A stretch of DNA of 64,000 nt from a bacterium (lineage in GTDB: Bacteria; Hinthialibacterota; Hinthialibacteria; Hinthialibacterales; Hinthialibacteraceae). The translations under genes and the position numbers were made by a program. This document shows positions 60,840-64,000 of this stretch, in pieces (position 1 is the first letter of the stretch; each line of letters begins with the position of its first letter). The stretch lies in the NCBI GenBank assembly GCA_963663405.2, contig CAXXSM010000141.1, forward strand, positions 1-64,000, read 5' to 3'. Under the pieces are notes generated by a model that had not been told where the DNA came from, ran no database searches, and worked only from the letters and a program-made list of their open reading frames with translations.

Positions 60840-61933
60840 ATCACGGCAAGGAGATTCGTAATCGACGCGACGTAGTGGGGGAGTTGGACATGAGAGCCAT
60901 TCACCCACTCATGAATCCCCCGGTTTTGGTAATCTTCAATAATCTCATCGAGTATCCGCTGCGCTGTCGCTGGATGATTCTCCGCAAGTGTTTTCAACAC
61001 CCAACCCGTAGGCGTTCCCCAATACCCCCCATTTTGGTATACGCCAGGTTTGATGGGGATTAACATACGGTTCCAATGTTCGCCCTTTGGGAGATGCCGG
61101 ATCTGTCCCCGTTCAATTACATCATCATAGCGATCCACAAAAAACCGTTCGATCCGCTCCCGCCGCTCGTCATCCAACGGAAATCCGATCGCCGCCATAA
61201 AGGCGTTTCCCCACACATCGATCTGACGGCAGTCCTTCGAAGCGGCGAAATAGAGACCCGTAGAGGGATCGAGTAAGGTCTGAACACCCGCTTCAATTTC
61301 CTTCATACGCCGTTGATAGAGAATGCTTCGATGCGCGTTCCCGATTTGTTTGAACAGTGATACAAGAGCTTTCGAAGCCTTCCAATCCAACAAGGAACAG
61401 AACAATAAATCTCCGGTTTTCCCAACAGTATCCGTGAATCCATAGGGAGAATGGGGCATGGTGGGATGATTCCAGACCAATCCCTTTGCGCTGCGGGGAA
61501 TCGCCTGCATAGCCCAGTGCAAAGCGAACGCCGTCTCTTTAAAAAATGCGATATCGTTTGCCTGCGTCACATATTCATGCGCCAACAACACTAGAAACGC
61601 GGAATTGTCTAATGGCGGTAGAGCGACGGGATGCCCAACGCCACCCGCTTCATAAACACTAAGCCCATCGGTCTGACGCCGGTCAGGAACAATACCGTCC
61701 CCGCGTTGTCCTTCGACCAAATAATGTATAGATTGACGGACCTCTTTCGGATCGAACAAATCAAACAGCGGAACCATGTAAGCGAAATCACGCGTCCAAA
61801 GAGCGCCGTAATTCCCTACCCCATCAGGCGTAAAACAAACCGTTCCATCATTTGCGATCCGGCGGCATCCCTTCAATTCGGAACGCGCGGCGTCTTCGAG
61901 CCAAGTTAAATTCTTTGCACTGATTTTGATCAT
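60824..61933 (-). CDS. (alpha/alpha)6 glycoside hydrolase
   Basis: YGALWTRD, YGFTDT, YQNGGYW, HEW. Confidence 0.75.
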   Translation of the reverse strand: MIKISAKNLTWLEDAARSELKGCRRIANDGTVCFTPDGVGNYGALWTRDFAYMVPLFDLFDPKEVRQSIHYLVEGQRGDGIVPDRRQTDGLSVYEAGGVGHPVALPPLDNSAFLVLLAHEYVTQANDIAFFKETAFALHWAMQAIPRSAKGLVWNHPTMPHSPYGFTDTVGKTGDLLFCSLLDWKASKALVSLFKQIGNAHRSILYQRRMKEIEAGVQTLLDPSTGLYFAASKDCRQIDVWGNAFMAAIGFPLDDERRERIERFFVDRYDDVIERGQIRHLPKGEHWNRMLIPIKPGVYQNGGYWGTPTGWVLKTLAENHPATAQRILDEIIEDYQNRGIHEWVNGSHVQLPHYVASITNLLAVIRLLG

Positions 61934-62391
61934 GGATTGGACTCCTGATTGACATCCCCGGAAGAAGCCGCCTGTTTTCGCTCTTTGTATTTTTGGATTA
62001 TTTCTCTCATCCGGGCGGCCAGTTCATCATCCTCCAACTGGTCCAGTTTTTCGAGAATGGCTCGAACCGCTTCCGGATTTATCAAGGTAGGTTCACTTCC
62101 GGGAACAATCGTGGCAGCCGACGGCTGCTCTTCAACCAGCTGCTCATCCGTTGGTTGTTCTTCGTCTATTGAAACATCCGTCCTCATGAGCCGATTGAAT
62201 TCCACACTAGGAATCGATTGTTTCATATCTTCGAATAAACGTTCAATTTCACTTTTCAGCGCAGGCGCTTTTTCAGCGATTTCCTGCAGAAACGGCGGCA
62301 ATTCATCCCGTTCGGGATCCCAGGTAATATACGCCGCCGCTAATAAGACGATAATAGCAATCAGTACAATTTTACGTATTTTCGCAAGCAT
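61930..62391 (-). CDS. Membrane-anchored hypothetical protein
   Basis: N-terminal TM, acidic helical remainder; coupled to the downstream gene. Confidence 0.6.
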   Translation of the reverse strand: MLAKIRKIVLIAIIVLLAAAYITWDPERDELPPFLQEIAEKAPALKSEIERLFEDMKQSIPSVEFNRLMRTDVSIDEEQPTDEQLVEEQPSAATIVPGSEPTLINPEAVRAILEKLDQLEDDELAARMREIIQKYKERKQAASSGDVNQESNP

Positions 62392-62412
62392 TATTTAATT
62401 TCCTAAAAGCAA

Positions 62413-62491
62413 GCAGGATGGGTCGCGCTTTACCGACCCACCGAATCAATCAATTATTAACGGTGGGTCATAAATGCGCGACTCACCCTAC
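62413..62491. repeat. Pair of inverted REP-like palindromes
   Basis: GCAGGATGGGTCGCG...GACCCACC and the reverse copy GTAGGGTGAGTCGCG...GACCCACCG. Confidence 0.6.
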
Positions 62492-62666
62492 TAAAAATAT
62501 ATGAGAAAGGGTGGCCAGGGCAAGGTTTTTCATCTGCCCTGGCATAAATCCAGACTACATTCGAACAGCGCATTGAAGGATATTTATCATCATTCTTTAA
62601 CGATTGGCGTTTAAGATCGATAATAAGAGAGCACAATAAGTACTCACTTGCCGGTTGAAACATAAA

Positions 62667-63761
62667 TCATTGTAATGGCAGTTTTACCGGCCTTCCCGTT
62701 TGATAACATTCCAGCATCGCAAAAATAATTTCATGGGTATGCGCCGCGTCCGCAAGATTACAATGCGACTCCCGGTCCTGCAGAATGCAATCAACAAAAT
62801 GATCCATCTGGCCTTGGAATGGATGATGATCGACCGCGCCACTATCCGGGCAGATCGTTGGAACCGTCACCCAATCCTTCTGTCCACAAAATTTATGCGA
62901 CCATATTCGATTGTTTTTAATCGTACCCTTGTTCCCAAAAATCTCAATCGGAAATCCATAGGGGCGAATCCCATCAAAATTAACGGAGACCTTTCCCAAC
63001 GCGCCGTTCTCAAATCGAATCAGCGCGACCTCAAACCCGTCATATTCCATCGGGGGATCGAGATCGTGATAGGAATTCGTACTGATATCGAACTCTTTTG
63101 TCAATCCTTTTCGATAGCCGCCGGACATCGCGAACACTTCCACGGCGCGGGCGGCTTCATACTGACCGGGCGCCGTAAACCACCGCAGCGCGTCGACCGC
63201 GTGACACCCTGCGACAAGCATGGCGCTGACGCCGGTCTCCCGTTTCCGTCCCGGCGCCCAACTGCCCCAGCCGGAAGTCATATAATGTTGATAGTCCGCC
63301 TCCGCGTAAAAGACTGTGCCCAAAGCGTCATCGGCGATCAGCTGTTTGACAGTTTCAAAGAGAGGATTCCAACGCAGCACAAAACTGACCACCGTCTTGA
63401 CACCCGCGCGATCGACAGCCCGCCGCATGGCGTTCACTTCTTCGGGACTGTTCCCCACAGGTTTCTCAATCACGATATGCTTACCAGCTTCAGCGGCGGC
63501 GATGACCTGTTCCGCATGGACATGATGAGGAGAACAGACACAGACAATATCCACGCCCGGCCGTTGCAACGCCGCTTGATAATCAGTATCAATCGCCACA
63601 TCGGTCAGCCCCGCCTCTCCAGCGCGCCGTTCACAGCTGGAACGCGAACGGCTGCAAATCGCCGCAATCCGTGTATGCGGATTGTGTTGAAACGCGCTGA
63701 TGTGCTGTGTGGACACCTCCCCCGCGCCAATGATTAAAACGCCTAGTTGATCGTTCGGCAT
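62667..63761 (-). CDS. Gfo/Idh/MocA family oxidoreductase
   Basis: IIGAG, VCSPHHVH, HIVIEKP, GCHAVD. Confidence 0.93.
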   Translation of the reverse strand: MPNDQLGVLIIGAGEVSTQHISAFQHNPHTRIAAICSRSRSSCERRAGEAGLTDVAIDTDYQAALQRPGVDIVCVCSPHHVHAEQVIAAAEAGKHIVIEKPVGNSPEEVNAMRRAVDRAGVKTVVSFVLRWNPLFETVKQLIADDALGTVFYAEADYQHYMTSGWGSWAPGRKRETGVSAMLVAGCHAVDALRWFTAPGQYEAARAVEVFAMSGGYRKGLTKEFDISTNSYHDLDPPMEYDGFEVALIRFENGALGKVSVNFDGIRPYGFPIEIFGNKGTIKNNRIWSHKFCGQKDWVTVPTICPDSGAVDHHPFQGQMDHFVDCILQDRESHCNLADAAHTHEIIFAMLECYQTGRPVKLPLQ

Positions 63762-64000
63762 GATCCCGTTCCTTTTGTATCAATTATGAAACATACTCAC
63801 TTACTGGCTAAACCACATTAAATAGAATACCGTACAACCGGGGACGTCCTCTGTCAAATATCCTCGATTTCTTCCATTGTGCATGAGGTATCAAAGACGA
63901 TGCTAACAAACGAAGAGAATCAACCACCCATAATAACAGTTTTCGAACGGACCGCGCCGCCGAAACGGCCGATATCGCCTTGGCTGACCAATCCGTTGCT

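Noticed and set aside
62700-63737. 345-aa plus-strand ORF
   Set aside because: Antisense shadow of the Gfo/Idh/MocA gene; no motifs.

Overview
Bacterial chromosome segment (host genes trpS, mutL, a response regulator and sugar-processing enzymes at 50.9-64 kb). Its first ~50.5 kb looks like one large integrative element inserted at the 3' end of a tRNA-Gly(TCC) (50549-50625, minus strand). The tyrosine integrase and an excisionase-like gene abut the tRNA; I did not see the other att site, which probably lies beyond the left edge. The element carries: (i) an archaeal-type replication module, with Orc1/Cdc6 preceded by two inverted ORB-like boxes around an AT-rich tract, an ScpA-like/wHTH trio and an AEP primase with a PriL-like Cys tail; (ii) a leading-region-like block (MoxR AAA + vWA, RAMA-like, ArdC, long hairpins); (iii) an IS21 and an IS1380-like element, next to a truncated replication-relaxase-like gene; (iv) a minus-strand operon JAB (absent from the ORF track) - E2 - E1/ThiF - HerA-like ATPase - coiled coils - WD40 - Ser/Thr kinase, with no recognisable ubiquitin-like gene; (v) a truncated McrB with DUF2357-like and Hsp70-like fragments; (vi) a sigma-like regulator, a Lon-type protease fusion, four paralogous copies of an unrecognised ~190-aa helical domain and a VirD4/HerA-like ATPase. 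A motif TGAAA-N10-TTTCTTCCCGCT recurs upstream of three element genes. Many genes show single-base frameshifts (sequencing error or decay). All family calls come from reading motifs by eye; no database searches were run.
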